From assembly GCA_002721545.1 (NCBI GenBank), contig PBKR01000030.1, forward strand, positions 5,150 through 69,149: 64,000 nucleotides of DNA. Direction: 5' to 3'. The notes below the pieces were generated by a model. That model did not search any database, was not told the origin of the DNA, and saw only the letters and a program-made list of their open reading frames with translations. Numbering within the stretch: position 1 is the stretch's first letter; each line of letters begins with the position of its first letter. This DNA comes from Nitrosomonadaceae bacterium (GTDB taxonomy: Bacteria > Pseudomonadota > Gammaproteobacteria > Burkholderiales > Nitrosomonadaceae). A program made the position numbers and the translations under genes. This document shows, piece after piece, positions 63,245-64,000 of this stretch.

Positions 63245-64000
63245 ATGTTAGTGGCAAGATATGTAGTTTATATTAATATTTTTATTCTATTTATTTTGAT
63301 GCCTAGTATTACATCTTTCAATACTGTATTTGCAGAAATAATACCAGATAATGGATATAAATCAGAATGTGTTCCTGTCGGAAGTTGGAAGGTGCCGGGA
63401 GGTAAGGAAATAACAGGTGATAAAGTTATTTCTTATGCGGCTAATCAGTCCGTTGTATTATTGGGAGAAGTACATGAAAATTTAGAACATCATCGTTGGC
63501 AGCTACAAATGCTAACGTCATTATATGCACGAAATCCTGATATGGTTATTGGCTTCGAAATGTTTCCGCGGCGTGTTCAGGGAGCTCTTGATAAGTGGGT
63601 GGCTGGTAGTCTTTCTGTTGCAGAATTTCTTGATGCATCAGATTGGCAACATGGCTGGAGTATGAATGCTCAGGCATACTTACCACTTTTTCATTTTGCA
63701 CGGATGAATAAAATACCGATGGTGGCACTTAACATCGACTCTCATTTAAGGAAGGAGGTATCTTTAAAAGGTTTTGATATTTTATCAGAAGGGAAATTTA
63801 AGGGAATAACACGTCCAGCAGAACCAAGTAATGCTTATCTTGAATACTTAAGGATTATTTACAAAAAACATGATCGCAGTCATAAAAATAGTGTTGATGA
63901 TTCAGATTTTCAGCGTTTTGTAAGGGGACAGCAGTTATGGGATCGAGTAATGGCACAAGCTATACATTCAGCATTGATTCGACCGAAGGTTGCATCGGTA
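63245..64000 (+). CDS. ChaN-family (Tiki/haem-binding uptake, DUF399-like) protein, 3'-truncated by window edge
   Basis: Not in the ORF track because it runs off the window. GGAGA RBS, ATG 63245, open for 252 codons. Signal peptide, then VVLLGEVHENLEHHRWQ...IGFEMFPRR, typical of ChaN family proteins. Confidence 0.7.
   Translation, partial: MLVARYVVYINIFILFILMPSITSFNTVFAEIIPDNGYKSECVPVGSWKVPGGKEITGDKVISYAANQSVVLLGEVHENLEHHRWQLQMLTSLYARNPDMVIGFEMFPRRVQGALDKWVAGSLSVAEFLDASDWQHGWSMNAQAYLPLFHFARMNKIPMVALNIDSHLRKEVSLKGFDILSEGKFKGITRPAEPSNAYLEYLRIIYKKHDRSHKNSVDDSDFQRFVRGQQLWDRVMAQAIHSALIRPKVASV

Overview
AT-rich chromosomal window (GC visibly well below 50%, not computed). Gene order suggests a Beta- or Gammaproteobacterial chemolithoautotroph. 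Most of it is conserved housekeeping in familiar blocks: lolB-ispE-tRNAGln(x2)-prs-rplY-pth-ychF, truB-rbfA-infB-nusA-rimP on the minus strand, acs, petABC-sspA, ppc, smc-zipA-ligA, def, hemJ, adhC, nnr and purL. Six tRNA genes were found by hand: Gln-UUG, Gln-CUG, Ser-GGA, Ser-UGA, Thr-UGU and Lys-CUU. No rRNA, CRISPR array, transposase, integrase or prophage gene was seen. The notable region is 35.3-45.2 kb, an alpha-carboxysome locus: divergent cbbR, then cbbL-cbbS-csoS2-csoS4A-csoS4B-csoS1-csoS1, then accessory genes. It is atypical in two ways. (1) The carboxysomal carbonic anhydrase gene csoSCA/csoS3, which canonically lies between csoS2 and csoS4A, is absent. Only a 124-bp spacer is there, and no CA-like ORF occurs anywhere in the window. 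(2) Between the shell genes and an acRAF-McdA-McdB module lies a 466-aa single-chain fusion of three RidA/YjgF (Rid family) domains, which I do not recognise as a described carboxysome component. The roughly 20.9-kb stretch containing this locus is bounded by inward-facing tRNA-Thr and tRNA-Lys genes. Each tRNA is followed by a copy, in inverted orientation, of the same terminator + spacer + signal-peptide-start module. Smaller oddities: an in-frame 9-bp x4 tandem repeat at the petA 5' end; a degenerate type IV pilin N-terminal relic; a terminator-like hairpin in the rimP-nusA-infB leader; a 2.2-kb cassette of orphan genes bracketed by two tRNA-Ser genes; and a gene-conversion-like identical tract in the two csoS1 paralogs. 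All coordinates of non-ORF features were hand-counted and may be off by 1-2 nt. No database search or structure prediction was possible.
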